The notes under the pieces: model-generated
The model's input: the letters and a program-made list of their open reading frames with translations, nothing else
What the model was told of the DNA's origin: nothing
Databases searched by the model: none
Part shown: positions 29,407 to 39,161 of the stretch, piece after piece
How the letters are laid out: every line of letters starts with the position of its first letter
Numbering within the stretch: the stretch's first letter is position 1
Program-made: the position numbers and the translations under genes
Source of the DNA: an archaeon
GTDB taxonomy: Archaea > Iainarchaeota > Iainarchaeia > Iainarchaeales > 1-14-0-10-31-34
Length of the DNA stretch: 51,245 nucleotides
Direction: 5' to 3'
Assembly (NCBI GenBank): GCA_043815885.1
Contig: JBDRIL010000060.1
Coordinates: forward strand, 1-51,245

Positions 29407-30038
29407 GCAGAGCAAAATTAAGAAGGCGGATGCACACAATACCAAGGAGAAAACGCAACAGAATAAAAAGAGAAAAAGCATTGCGTGAAAATTTTGATGG
29501 ATTTCATAAAATGATTCAAAAGGAGTTAGAGGTTAAATTTCAAAAACCAAATTTTTTGAGGTTAAGAAAAAACAGAAGTCATCCAGAACCTCTCTCGAAA
29601 GTAATGCCCTTGAGAGGAAAACTTGGGGCGCTAATTAAGACAAAGAAAATTTTACACGGGCTGGCTCATGAAGGGGTTAGAGCATTAAATAAAAAGATGA
29701 AAAGAAAAGAAATCAGCTTGGGAATTGAGGAAGGTTATGCAAGCAGTTTTGAACTTGAAGCAATACTTGGCCTTGAAACCACCCCTGAAACAAAAGATAT
29801 GTTGTTGGAGAGATTCTTTATATCAAATGATTATAGAAATTTTTCTGTCGACCAATATGGCTTTATAGGGAACAGCATTGCAAAATACATCTATCGTGTT
29901 GCCGAAAGATCCCCGCAAAAAAGAGCAAAAATAAGAAAAGAATTAAGAGCAAAAATAAGAAAAGAATTAGTGACACTAGATTTTAAGGGCCCGTTAAATG
30001 CAATAAAGCATATAAAAGATAACTATGCCAATAAATAA
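29403..30038 (+). CDS. Hypothetical protein with Arg-rich N-terminus
   Basis: Overlaps the galT stop; contains a 24-bp tandem duplication (RAKIRKEL x2, 29921-29968). Confidence 0.65.
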   Translation: MSRAKLRRRMHTIPRRKRNRIKREKALRENFDGFHKMIQKELEVKFQKPNFLRLRKNRSHPEPLSKVMPLRGKLGALIKTKKILHGLAHEGVRALNKKMKRKEISLGIEEGYASSFELEAILGLETTPETKDMLLERFFISNDYRNFSVDQYGFIGNSIAKYIYRVAERSPQKRAKIRKELRAKIRKELVTLDFKGPLNAIKHIKDNYANK

Positions 30039-30064
30039 GTAAAAAACAAAAAAGATGTGATGAA

Positions 30065-31063
30065 ATGACTAAATACGATGTAATAACGATTGGTTCTGCT
30101 TCTGAGGATGTGTTTGTCAGGAGCAATGAATTTGAATTAATCCAGGCAACGGATTTAAAGGGAAGAGAGATCTGCATGCCTTTTGGGGAGAAGATCGATA
30201 TTGATGAAATGGAGTTTGGTTTTGGGGGGGGAGCATTCAATACAGGCATTGGATTAAAGAAAATGGGTTTAAGGGTTGGAATAGCAATTAATTTAGGAAA
30301 GGATTTAACTGCTGAAAAAATAATAAAGAGAATGAAGGAGGAAGGAATCTCAACTGAATTAGTGATGTACTGCCCTAAAAAAAATTCAGGGTATTCAGTA
30401 ATCATTAGGAGAAGCAAGGGAGACAGGACAATTCTCACATTCAGGGGAAGCAACAACTGTTTTGATGAAAAGAAGATTAAATGGAATGAGCTGGCGAAGG
30501 CGGAATGGATTTATGTTTCCTCCTTTGATTCAGGAAAGGATTTATTATTGAAGATAGGGGAATTGGCTGAAAGGAACGGAATAAGGATTGCATTCAATCC
30601 CGGAGCAATGCAGAGGCACAAGGGAATGAAGAATTTAAGTGGTTTTTTGAAAAAGGTTGAAGTACTCATAATGAATAAACTGGAGGCAACAGAGCTTACT
30701 GGGGAGGATTCACTTGAGAAAGCAATGAAGAAATTATACAGGAAAGGACCAGGAATTGTTGCTATTACGCAGGGAAAAAAAGAAATAGTGGTTTATGATG
30801 GAAAATACTTTTACGAAAAAATGCCTTTTGATACAGTAAAACTGGATTCAACCGGAGCAGGAGACGCGTTTTCTTCTGGTTTTCTGAGCGGGTTCATTAA
30901 GTACGGAGAAATTGAAAAAGCAATCGGGTACGGGGCAATTAATTCAGCAAACGTGATTCAATTCATCGGAACAACAAGAGGCTTATTGAGTGAGAAAAAA
31001 GCAGTGGAATTAATAAGGAAAAAAAAATGGAAGAAGCGGATTATTAGAAAGAGAAGGGCTTAA
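30065..31063 (+). CDS. PfkB-family carbohydrate kinase
   Basis: 'GGGAFN', 'FNPG', 'N..EA', 'DSTGAGDAF'. Confidence 0.92.
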   Translation: MTKYDVITIGSASEDVFVRSNEFELIQATDLKGREICMPFGEKIDIDEMEFGFGGGAFNTGIGLKKMGLRVGIAINLGKDLTAEKIIKRMKEEGISTELVMYCPKKNSGYSVIIRRSKGDRTILTFRGSNNCFDEKKIKWNELAKAEWIYVSSFDSGKDLLLKIGELAERNGIRIAFNPGAMQRHKGMKNLSGFLKKVEVLIMNKLEATELTGEDSLEKAMKKLYRKGPGIVAITQGKKEIVVYDGKYFYEKMPFDTVKLDSTGAGDAFSSGFLSGFIKYGEIEKAIGYGAINSANVIQFIGTTRGLLSEKKAVELIRKKKWKKRIIRKRRA

Positions 31064-31078
31064 ATAAATTTATAAGGA

Positions 31079-31492
31079 ATGAATTGGGGTAAGTGGATTA
31101 ATATGGAATGGCTTTTGAATGGGGTAAGAAAAGGGTGGAGTGCCTTAAAGATTTATTTCCTGCATTATGATTTAGAGAGCACTAGCAGAAGCGAGTGTGC
31201 TGGAGTGTTTTTAAGGGAAGTGAATCATCCAAGCAACTACTTTTTTTTGAATGGAAAGATTCCGATAAAGAGTTTGATTGAACTTTCAGCAGTAATGAAT
31301 GAAATGGATAAAGGCTCTTTTGCCTTTCACATGGGAAAGGACAGGAATGACTTCAGTGAATGGGTTGGAGGAGTGATTGGTGACAGGACTCTGGCGGAAA
31401 AATTAAATCAATTAAAGACAAGGGAAGAAATGGCAAAGGCAGTTGAAGTAAGAGCGAATTATTTTAAGAGAAAAATGGAAGAAAAGCATTAG
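31079..31492 (+). CDS. DUF5752-like protein
   Basis: 'F.L.G..IKSL.EL....M....F.FH....NDFSEWV..VIGD..LA'. Confidence 0.65.
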   Translation: MNWGKWINMEWLLNGVRKGWSALKIYFLHYDLESTSRSECAGVFLREVNHPSNYFFLNGKIPIKSLIELSAVMNEMDKGSFAFHMGKDRNDFSEWVGGVIGDRTLAEKLNQLKTREEMAKAVEVRANYFKRKMEEKH

Positions 31493-31494
31493 AA

Positions 31495-31770
31495 ATGAAT
31501 ATAGATAAATTAAAGCTAAAAGAAAAGGAAACACTGATTCTTTTATTTAAAAAAGAGAGTACAATTGAAGAGATACTGGAAGAAGGGGAACTGAATTACA
31601 AGGAATTGATTGCAGTGATAAGAAAGCTTTTGAGGAATGGATTCATTGTAAAGGGGAAAGGATTTCCAACAAAATACAGAGTGAAGAAGAGAGAGAGAGA
31701 AAAAGTGATAAAGCTTGCAGAAAGGCTTGACTGGAGTGAACTGGAAAAAGAAGAATGCACCTGCGGATAA
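31495..31770 (+). CDS. Small winged-helix protein
   Basis: 'LIAVIRKLLRNGFI.K..G.P..Y' pattern. Confidence 0.6.
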   Translation: MNIDKLKLKEKETLILLFKKESTIEEILEEGELNYKELIAVIRKLLRNGFIVKGKGFPTKYRVKKREREKVIKLAERLDWSELEKEECTCG

Positions 31771-31855
31771 TTCGTTTATTGTCGTTTTTTAAAGGGTCGT
31801 TTAACGAAACATTTATATTCTATTAAAGAGGAATAATTATTTCTCGTGATTTTTA

Positions 31856-32737
31856 ATGCAGGGGAATACTTACAGTAAGACATTCAATGAAGTGGCTTTC
31901 CAGGGAGTTTTAAGTAGAAAGACAATTAACCCTGGTTTTTTGGAGAGAAGTTCTTCCCTCAATCAAATTACTTTCAGGACAATGGCAATCCAGGCAACCC
32001 CAATAAAGGAAATAATTGAAGAAGGAGAAGGGATAAAGACATTCCTGTTTAAAAGAAAACTGAAAGCAAAACCAGGACAGTTTTTAATGTTATGGCTGCC
32101 TGAGTTTGGAGAAAAGCCTTTCAGTATTTCTTTTCTCGAGAAAAAGTATTTTGGGACAACGATTGCAAAGAAAGGAGAATTTACTTCTGCACTGCATTCA
32201 ATGCATGAAGGGGACCTGATTGGAGTGAGAGGGCCGTTTGGGAATGGGTTTTCCCTGAAAGGAAAAAATATTCTTTGTGTTGGAGGAGGAAGCGGAGTAG
32301 CTCCACTGCATTTTCTTGCTTCAGAGGCATTAAAGAAAAAAATGAGTGCAGAGTTTGTTATTGGGGCAAGGACTGAAAAGTATTTGATTTTTGCAGAAAA
32401 ATTAAGAGAAAAAGGAATTCCTGTAAGGATTGCCACTGAAGATGGAAGCAATGGAGAGAGGGGAACGACTGTAGAATTACTTGAAAAAATGGATTTAAGT
32501 GAAGTGGATTGTGTTTATGCTTGCGGGAGAGAGGAAATGCTGAAAAAGGTTGCCGGCATTTGCTTGGAAAAGGGAGTGAAGGCCCAACTTAGTCTGGAGA
32601 ACTATAAGAGGTGCGGTTTTGGTTTATGCAACCAGAACTGCTTAAAGCAATGGAATTTCAAGGCATGCAAGAACGGCCCAGTATTTAATTTAAAGGAATT
32701 AAGGAAAGTTAAAGGCTTTTTTTCTGAAAAGCAATAA
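31856..32737 (+). CDS. PyrK-like FAD/2Fe-2S electron-transfer protein (start uncertain)
   Basis: 'PGQF.MLW.P...EKPFS', 'RGPFGNGF', 'GGG.G.AP', 'CGFGLC...C...CKNGPVF'. Confidence 0.85.
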   Translation: MQGNTYSKTFNEVAFQGVLSRKTINPGFLERSSSLNQITFRTMAIQATPIKEIIEEGEGIKTFLFKRKLKAKPGQFLMLWLPEFGEKPFSISFLEKKYFGTTIAKKGEFTSALHSMHEGDLIGVRGPFGNGFSLKGKNILCVGGGSGVAPLHFLASEALKKKMSAEFVIGARTEKYLIFAEKLREKGIPVRIATEDGSNGERGTTVELLEKMDLSEVDCVYACGREEMLKKVAGICLEKGVKAQLSLENYKRCGFGLCNQNCLKQWNFKACKNGPVFNLKELRKVKGFFSEKQ

Positions 32738-32788
32738 AAAAAGAATTAACCTTTATTTTAATTAAAGCATTAATTAAGAGGGAAATGC

Positions 32789-34084
32789 ATGAGTGAAGAA
32801 AAAAGCAGCGAACTGCATAAATTCTATGCAAAAAATTTGGAAGAAAGGCTTTCAATTCTAAAGGAGTTCAGTGGATTGAGTGAAGAGGAATTGAATGAAT
32901 TAAGGAATTATGGAAGCCTTGACTTTGAAAAAGCAAATAGAATGATAGGGAATGTGATTGGAAGCATTCAGTTTCCTTTGGGGATTGCAACCAATTTCAT
33001 GATAAACGGAAAGGATTACCTTATTCCAATGGCAATAGAAGAACCAAGTGTAATTGCTGCTGCCTCCAAAGCAGCAGGGATTGCAAGAAAGGCAGGAGGA
33101 TTTAAGGCAGAATCCAAGGAATCAATAATGATTGGACAGATTCAATTAAAGGGAATAAAGGATTTCTCTAAGGCAAAGAAAGAGATATTGAAGAAGAAAA
33201 AAGAATTACTGGAGAAGGTTAATTCAATAGATAAAGTATTAATTGAGGCAGGAGGGGGGGCAAGGGAAATAGAGGTAAGGGAGATAGGAAAAGGGAAGAA
33301 GAAGTTTTTAGTAATTCATTTGCTTGTTGATGTAAGGGATGCAATGGGAGCCAACACCATTAATTCAATGTGCGAAAAGATTGCTCCGGAAATTGAAGAG
33401 ATAAGCAATGGAAAGGCTGGATTAAGGATTCTGTCTAATCTGGCTGTGCACAGGACAGTGAAGGCAAGAGCTGTTTTCACTAAGAAGGCACTGGAAGAGA
33501 GCTTTAAAGGACAAGGAAAAGGAGGAGAGATAATTAAAGGAATAATTGATGCAGCTGAGTTTGCTGAAGCAGATGCATTCAGGGCATGCACCCACAACAA
33601 GGGAATAATGAATGGAGTGGATGCAGTTGCAGTTGCAACAGGAAATGATTTTAGGGCAATAGAAGCAGCAGTGCACGCATTCTCCTGCTGGAAGAATAAG
33701 GGGTATAAACCATTGAGTAAGTATTACAAGGATAAGAAGGAGGATTTGGTTGGAGAGATTGAATTGCCGCTGGCTTTAGGAATTGTGGGAGGAGCCACTA
33801 AAACCAATCCAGTTGCAGGAATTTCTCTGAAGATTTTGGGAGTGAAGAGTGCAAGGGAATTAGCTGAGGTAATTGCGTGTGTTGGCTTGGCGAATAACTT
33901 TGCTGCTCTCAGGGCATTGGCTACAGAAGGAATACAGAAAGGCCATATGAAACTGCATGCAAAAAATATTGCAATAATGGCTGGAGCAAATGGAAAAGAA
34001 GTGGAAAGAGTAGCAGAAAAAATGGTTAAAGAGAAAGATGTTTCAGTTGGAAAAGCAAAAGAAATAATGAATGAATCTGGGTAA
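32789..34084 (+). CDS. mvaA: HMG-CoA reductase, class II
   Basis: 'EEPSVIAA', 'DAMGAN', 'THNKG', 'GND.RA', 'EGIQKGHMKLH'. Confidence 0.95.
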   Translation: MSEEKSSELHKFYAKNLEERLSILKEFSGLSEEELNELRNYGSLDFEKANRMIGNVIGSIQFPLGIATNFMINGKDYLIPMAIEEPSVIAAASKAAGIARKAGGFKAESKESIMIGQIQLKGIKDFSKAKKEILKKKKELLEKVNSIDKVLIEAGGGAREIEVREIGKGKKKFLVIHLLVDVRDAMGANTINSMCEKIAPEIEEISNGKAGLRILSNLAVHRTVKARAVFTKKALEESFKGQGKGGEIIKGIIDAAEFAEADAFRACTHNKGIMNGVDAVAVATGNDFRAIEAAVHAFSCWKNKGYKPLSKYYKDKKEDLVGEIELPLALGIVGGATKTNPVAGISLKILGVKSARELAEVIACVGLANNFAALRALATEGIQKGHMKLHAKNIAIMAGANGKEVERVAEKMVKEKDVSVGKAKEIMNESG

Positions 34085-34137
34085 AGGAAAAGGTTTTAAT
34101 TAATTGCCGGAATCATTAATTCATAGAGGAGAAGAAA

Positions 34138-34242
34138 ATGGAGCCAAAAACAATTGCAGTAATTGGTTTGTCGGTAATTGCAGTGTTGTTGCTTATAGGT
34201 TATTATTACTTTAAATTGACTTTATGGAGAAAAAAGAAATGA
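34138..34242 (+). CDS. 34-aa single-TM peptide (absent from the ORF track)
   Basis: GAGGAG SD; MEPKTIAVIGLSVIAVLLLIGYYYFKLTLWRKKK*; ATGA overlap with HMG-CoA synthase. Confidence 0.65.
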   Translation: MEPKTIAVIGLSVIAVLLLIGYYYFKLTLWRKKK

Positions 34243-35285
34243 CTGGAATAATTAGCTACGGGGCATATGTGCCGATATTGAGAATTACAATGGATGAGAT
34301 TGCCCATACATGGAAGAAGGACGGAAAAAAGATTGCAAGCGGTTTAGGGTTAAAGGAAAAGGCTGTTGCTTCATTTGACGAGGATGCATGCACTATTTCA
34401 GTGGAAGCAGCAAGAAAAGCATTGGAATTGGCTGGAATTAATTCTCAGGACATTGGAGCAATTTATGTTGGAAGCGAAAGCCATCCATATGCAGTAAAGC
34501 CCACTGCATCCATTGTAGGGGATGCAATCAATGCTGGACCGCATTTAATGGCTGCAGATTTAGAGTTTGCATGCAAGGCAGGAACAGCAGGAATACAGAT
34601 GTGCATTGGATTGGTTAAGAGTGGAATGATTGAGTATGGAATGAGTATTGGAGCAGATACAGCTCAAGGAAAGCCAAATGATGCACTGGAATTTACTGCT
34701 GCCTCTGGAGGAGCAGCAATAATGATTGGAGGAAAGAAGGAAGAAGTAATTGCAGAAGTAATTGACACCAGTAGTTTTACTACTGATACCCCTGATTTCT
34801 GGAGAAGACAGCACGCAGAATTCCCAAGACATGCAGGAAGATTTACTGGAAAACCGGCATACTTCAAACATACGATTGGAGCAGCAGAAGCAATAATGAA
34901 GAAACACAAGTTAACTGCAAAAGACTTTGATTATGCAGTGTTTCATCAGCCGAATGGAAAGTTTCCAGTGCAGGCAGGAAAAATTCTGGGATTTGAAGAA
35001 AAACAACTGGAACAGGGATTGATTACTCCTTTTATTGGAAATACTTACAGTGGAAGCAGCATGATTGGATTGTGCAGTGTACTGGACAAGGCAAAAGAAG
35101 GAGAAAAAATCTTAATGGTTAGTTATGGGAGCGGGGCGGGAAGCGATGCATTTATCTTTACTGTAACAAAGAATTTAGAGAAAAAAAGAGCAAAGGTTTC
35201 GGTAATGGAAATGATTAAGGAAAAAGAATACATTACCTATGCAGAATACGCAAAGCACAGGAAAAAACTGAAGAGTATGTGGTGA
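34239..35285 (+). CDS. Archaeal HMG-CoA synthase
   Basis: 'GSESHPYAVKP', 'EFACKAGT', 'FHQPNGKF', 'GNTYSG', 'SYGSGAGSD'. Confidence 0.96.
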   Translation: MTGIISYGAYVPILRITMDEIAHTWKKDGKKIASGLGLKEKAVASFDEDACTISVEAARKALELAGINSQDIGAIYVGSESHPYAVKPTASIVGDAINAGPHLMAADLEFACKAGTAGIQMCIGLVKSGMIEYGMSIGADTAQGKPNDALEFTAASGGAAIMIGGKKEEVIAEVIDTSSFTTDTPDFWRRQHAEFPRHAGRFTGKPAYFKHTIGAAEAIMKKHKLTAKDFDYAVFHQPNGKFPVQAGKILGFEEKQLEQGLITPFIGNTYSGSSMIGLCSVLDKAKEGEKILMVSYGSGAGSDAFIFTVTKNLEKKRAKVSVMEMIKEKEYITYAEYAKHRKKLKSMW

Positions 35286-35291
35286 AAAGAA

Positions 35292-35519
35292 ATGAGAGTA
35301 AAGGAATTATTAACGGAATTCAGGAAATCCAAAAAGGAAGGAGAAAGAACAAAATTCTGCCCAAAGTGCGGTTCAATTAATATGAGAAGTACAATGATTT
35401 TGATGAGTTCTTCCAATGAATGGAAATGCAATAAATGCGGATTCAAGGGAATTGCTTTTGAGGGAGATCCTGAATTCATTAAGAAATACAAAGAGAAATT
35501 AAAAGAGGGAAAGAAATGA
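35292..35519 (+). CDS. Small zinc-ribbon protein
   Basis: 'CPKCGS' and 'CNKCGF'. Confidence 0.75.
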   Translation: MRVKELLTEFRKSKKEGERTKFCPKCGSINMRSTMILMSSSNEWKCNKCGFKGIAFEGDPEFIKKYKEKLKEGKK

Positions 35520-36685
35520 GAAGCGTTAGTGTAATTGGTGTTGGAAACACTAAAATGGGAGAACAATGGGAAAAGAGTTTCAGGCAATTGATTGCTGAAG
35601 CAGGATTAAAGGCTTTAATGGATTCAGGAGTGGACGGAAAAGACATTCAGGCAATCTATGGAGGCACGATGGCTTCAGGAAGATTTATTGGGCAGGAGCA
35701 TATCGGGGCATTGATTGCAGATCAGCTTGGAATGAATCCGGTTCCAGCCACCAGAGTGGAAGCAGCTTGTGCGTCAGGAGGAGTTGCATTAAGAACTGGG
35801 TATCTTGCTGTGGCTTCAGGGCAATATGATATAGTTGCAGTGGGAGGAGCAGAAAAAATGACAGAGGTTTCAGTGGAAGAAGCAGGATTTGCGCTGGGAG
35901 GGGCAGGAGACCAGGAAACAGAGTTATTTCATGGGGCGACATTTCCTGCATTGTATGCATTGCTTGCAAGATCACACATGAATGCATTCGGGACAACAGA
36001 GGAACAAATGGCAATGTGTTCAGTTTTAATGCATAAGAATGGAATGAATAATCCTAATGCCCAGTTTCACAAAGAGATTAGTGTTGAGGATGTAATGAAT
36101 TCAGGCTATGTTGCTTCTCCATTAAAGTTACTGGATTGTTCCCCAATTACTGACGGAGCAGCAGCAATAATATTGTGTGAGACTTCAAAAGCAAAAAAAA
36201 TATGCGAGAATCCAGTTGAGGTGATTGCTTCAACCCAGGCATCGGATTCATTGGCTTTAACTGGAAGAAAGAGTTTGACAGAATTAATGGCCACAAGGAT
36301 TGCAGCAAAAGAAGCATTTGAAAAAACAGGGGTTAAGATAAAGGAAGTGGATGTAGTGGAAGTGCATGACTGCTTCAGCATTAATACAATTTTTTCAATT
36401 GAGGATTTGGGTTTCTTCAGGAAAGGAGATGGAGGAAAGGCAGTGGAACAAGGAAGAATTGAATTGAATGGAGAAGTTCCAGTCAATCCAGATGGAGGCT
36501 TAAAGATGGGGCATCCTGTCGGCGCGACAGGAGTAAAGCAGGCAATAGAAATAGTGGAACAATTAAGGGGAAAGGCAGGAAAGAGACAGGTAAAAGATGC
36601 AAGAATTGGATTAAGCCATAATGTTGGCGGAAGCGGGGCAACCTGCGTTGTTCATTTATTCAGGGGATTGGAGGGGAAGAAGTAA
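35516..36685 (+). CDS. Acetoacetyl-CoA thiolase (archaeal type)
   Basis: 'EAACASG', 'EVHDCF', 'GHPVGATG', 'HNVGG'. Confidence 0.95.
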   Translation: MRSVSVIGVGNTKMGEQWEKSFRQLIAEAGLKALMDSGVDGKDIQAIYGGTMASGRFIGQEHIGALIADQLGMNPVPATRVEAACASGGVALRTGYLAVASGQYDIVAVGGAEKMTEVSVEEAGFALGGAGDQETELFHGATFPALYALLARSHMNAFGTTEEQMAMCSVLMHKNGMNNPNAQFHKEISVEDVMNSGYVASPLKLLDCSPITDGAAAIILCETSKAKKICENPVEVIASTQASDSLALTGRKSLTELMATRIAAKEAFEKTGVKIKEVDVVEVHDCFSINTIFSIEDLGFFRKGDGGKAVEQGRIELNGEVPVNPDGGLKMGHPVGATGVKQAIEIVEQLRGKAGKRQVKDARIGLSHNVGGSGATCVVHLFRGLEGKK

Positions 36686-37089
36686 TGCCTCACACGTCTC
36701 TTCCACTGAATTGGAGAAGGTATCCTGAAAGATATTTATTGAGGGGAAACTACTGCGAGAACTGCAAAACTGCTTTCTTCCCTGCAAGAGTCATCTGCCC
36801 CCACTGCAGAAGAAAAGGAAAACTTGTAGAGAAAGAAATGCCCAGAACAGGAAAGATTATTTCCTTTACAGAAGTATTTGTCGGCCCGAAAGGATTTGAG
36901 CATGAGACTCCTTACTTTATTGCATTAATTGAACTAGAGAATAAATCAATAATATTAAGCCAGGTAGTTGATTCAAAGAAAGAATCAATCAAGAAAGGGG
37001 CAAAGGTAAAGAAGGTATTCAGGGTAATAAATGACATGGATATGGAAGGCGCAATAGCTTACGGATTCAAGTTTAAAGTGATTGAATGA
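36685..37089 (+). CDS. DUF35 Zn-ribbon/OB-fold scaffold of the thiolase-HMGS complex
   Basis: 'CENC....FP.R..CPHC', 'YGFKF'; adjacent to the thiolase. Confidence 0.92.
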   Translation: MPHTSLPLNWRRYPERYLLRGNYCENCKTAFFPARVICPHCRRKGKLVEKEMPRTGKIISFTEVFVGPKGFEHETPYFIALIELENKSIILSQVVDSKKESIKKGAKVKKVFRVINDMDMEGAIAYGFKFKVIE

Positions 37090-37781
37090 AAACATCCTCT
37101 TCTTGGTGGAGGCAAAGATACGGGGCAAAAAAAAAGCAAAAAGCGAGAGTTAAAAATAAACCAAGAACTGAAGGCGAAAAAAAGAAACTCTTAGGGCAGT
37201 TAAAAGAACTGAAAGTATTATGGAAAGAAAGGCAAGCAAGAAAAAAAGCCCAGCACGAATTTTTTCGGTCTAAGCTGAGGGGAGTTTTTTTAGAAATGCC
37301 TCCTGCCCAATTATTAAAGCATATTGAAACTTATTTTGGGGAATTACGGTCAATTAACGAAAGAATAAGGAAAACAAGCCCAAAAGAACTGTATAAGCTA
37401 GAAAAGTTGAATGACGGAAAAAAAGCAATTGAAGAAAGAATTGATGCTGCAATGAATGCATGGCAAAAAGACAAAGCAGGCATTATGATGATTCTAAAAA
37501 TCGGAGTCAAGGAAAAAAAATCAATAATGGCTGAAGCAGGAAATAAAGCAACAGAAATCGGGAAGACCAAAAATACAAAAGAAAAAATAGGGCAGATTAG
37601 CCGGCTTATCAAGGAAATAAACAGGAACCGAAGAGAATCAGTTTCAATTATTGACAGCGACCCAGAAAAAGCGAGAAATAACCTTGTTGCTTACTTAACA
37701 TACGAACACGCCCTCACGATATTGGAAAAAAACAAGCGATTAAAGGAAGTAATAAATTATTTAACAATCGCATACACTTAA
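37086..37781 (+). CDS. Basic helical hypothetical protein
   Basis: ORF overlaps the upstream stop; no recognised motif. Confidence 0.65.
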   Translation: MKTSSSWWRQRYGAKKKQKARVKNKPRTEGEKKKLLGQLKELKVLWKERQARKKAQHEFFRSKLRGVFLEMPPAQLLKHIETYFGELRSINERIRKTSPKELYKLEKLNDGKKAIEERIDAAMNAWQKDKAGIMMILKIGVKEKKSIMAEAGNKATEIGKTKNTKEKIGQISRLIKEINRNRRESVSIIDSDPEKARNNLVAYLTYEHALTILEKNKRLKEVINYLTIAYT

Positions 37782-37803
37782 TTTACCAGAACGCAAAAAA
37801 TGA

Positions 37804-39150
37804 TTGGGGATAAAAGTGAGTTTGAGAAGAAGGGTTGAAAGGAAAAGGCTTCGTGCAGCAATAGCAGGAAAAATGGGAACTTATTCTAGGCAGGAGTTAG
37901 TTAAAGCAACTCACCCAGAAATTCAGAAAATGTTTCATCCATATTCCCATAAAGGTCCAAAAGAAGGATACCCTTTGTATCAAATCTGTCATGATGTTTC
38001 AAAACTGCCGAAAGAGACTGTTGCAAATTTTGTTAGTGTTCCTGAATTAATGCGTAAACTTAAACAAGACCAAGTAATAAGAGGGCTTTTAAAACGCAAT
38101 CCAGAACTGGAGACTTCTTTTGAAAGAAGTGTTTGGCAGGCAATTAGTGAGAGAGGGGTGAAATCCTCAAAACTGTTTTGGCAGAGGGCCCCAAAAGAAT
38201 ATATTGATGCAATTGTCAAGGCGGCTGCCGGAAATCCGAATCCAATGAATGAAAGGATTGGAGAAGTTGCAAAAAAATTGTTTGGCGGGGGGATAGAACA
38301 TCGAACAATACTTGATATTGGGACATTTGCAGGAGGAACAATAACTTCTGCTGTTGAAAAACTCTCTCTGCCACAAAGAAGACTGCTGACAATTGTGCTG
38401 GTTGACGTGAATAGCGGAGTAGTTAGAAGGCATGCAGTGCCTGCTCTTGTAAAGCTTGGCGTGCCGAAACAAAATATTAAAGTGCTTCCAACGAGCTTTT
38501 ATAATGCAGCAGTTGCATTTAAAAAAATGCCAAAACCACTTCATGAAAAAGGGGAAAGAGCCCTTAAAAAGTTTTTTTCCCAGCTTACAGGAAAGGTTGA
38601 TTTAATTACTGCCGGAGCCTCAACAATAAATTTTGCAAATGATTTATCACCACTGCTTAAGAGTGTCAGAATACTTTTAAAGCGTGGAGGCGTGTTTGCT
38701 GACTGGGAGTGGGGGAGTGCTGAAGCGCGTAAAAGGAAAGTGAATACAGAAGAACTGAAAAGAATTAAAATCTGGGAAATAAATCAAAAAGCAGTCACTG
38801 AATTTGACGCTTATGTTTCTTTCCTTGATTTCTGGCTTGGATTCTTCAATTATCCAGCAAACGTCAAAAAAAAATTATTTGAAGATATTGAACACTCAAG
38901 GGAATTTGATTTCATGGGATGGTGCGAAAGAAACGTTAAATGGATGGAACAAGAAAGAATTAATGCAGGAAAACCTATTCTGGCTGATCCTGCGGGGTTC
39001 AGGAACAGGGCTTACAGGACAGGAGATGCAATGCTTAAGGCAGCAAGAATTCACGGATTTGATGTACAAAAACCAAGTTATCCTCTTGCCAATCCAGGAA
39101 AAAAAGACACTGGAAATGTGAACTGGTTGGTTGTTGCAAGAAAACCGTGA
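37804..39150 (+). CDS. Putative class I SAM-dependent methyltransferase-fold protein
   Basis: 'ILDIGTFAGG', 'VLVDVN', 'VDLI', 'LLKRGGVF'. Confidence 0.65.
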   Translation: MGIKVSLRRRVERKRLRAAIAGKMGTYSRQELVKATHPEIQKMFHPYSHKGPKEGYPLYQICHDVSKLPKETVANFVSVPELMRKLKQDQVIRGLLKRNPELETSFERSVWQAISERGVKSSKLFWQRAPKEYIDAIVKAAAGNPNPMNERIGEVAKKLFGGGIEHRTILDIGTFAGGTITSAVEKLSLPQRRLLTIVLVDVNSGVVRRHAVPALVKLGVPKQNIKVLPTSFYNAAVAFKKMPKPLHEKGERALKKFFSQLTGKVDLITAGASTINFANDLSPLLKSVRILLKRGGVFADWEWGSAEARKRKVNTEELKRIKIWEINQKAVTEFDAYVSFLDFWLGFFNYPANVKKKLFEDIEHSREFDFMGWCERNVKWMEQERINAGKPILADPAGFRNRAYRTGDAMLKAARIHGFDVQKPSYPLANPGKKDTGNVNWLVVARKP

Positions 39151-39161
39151 GGGGAAATCAT

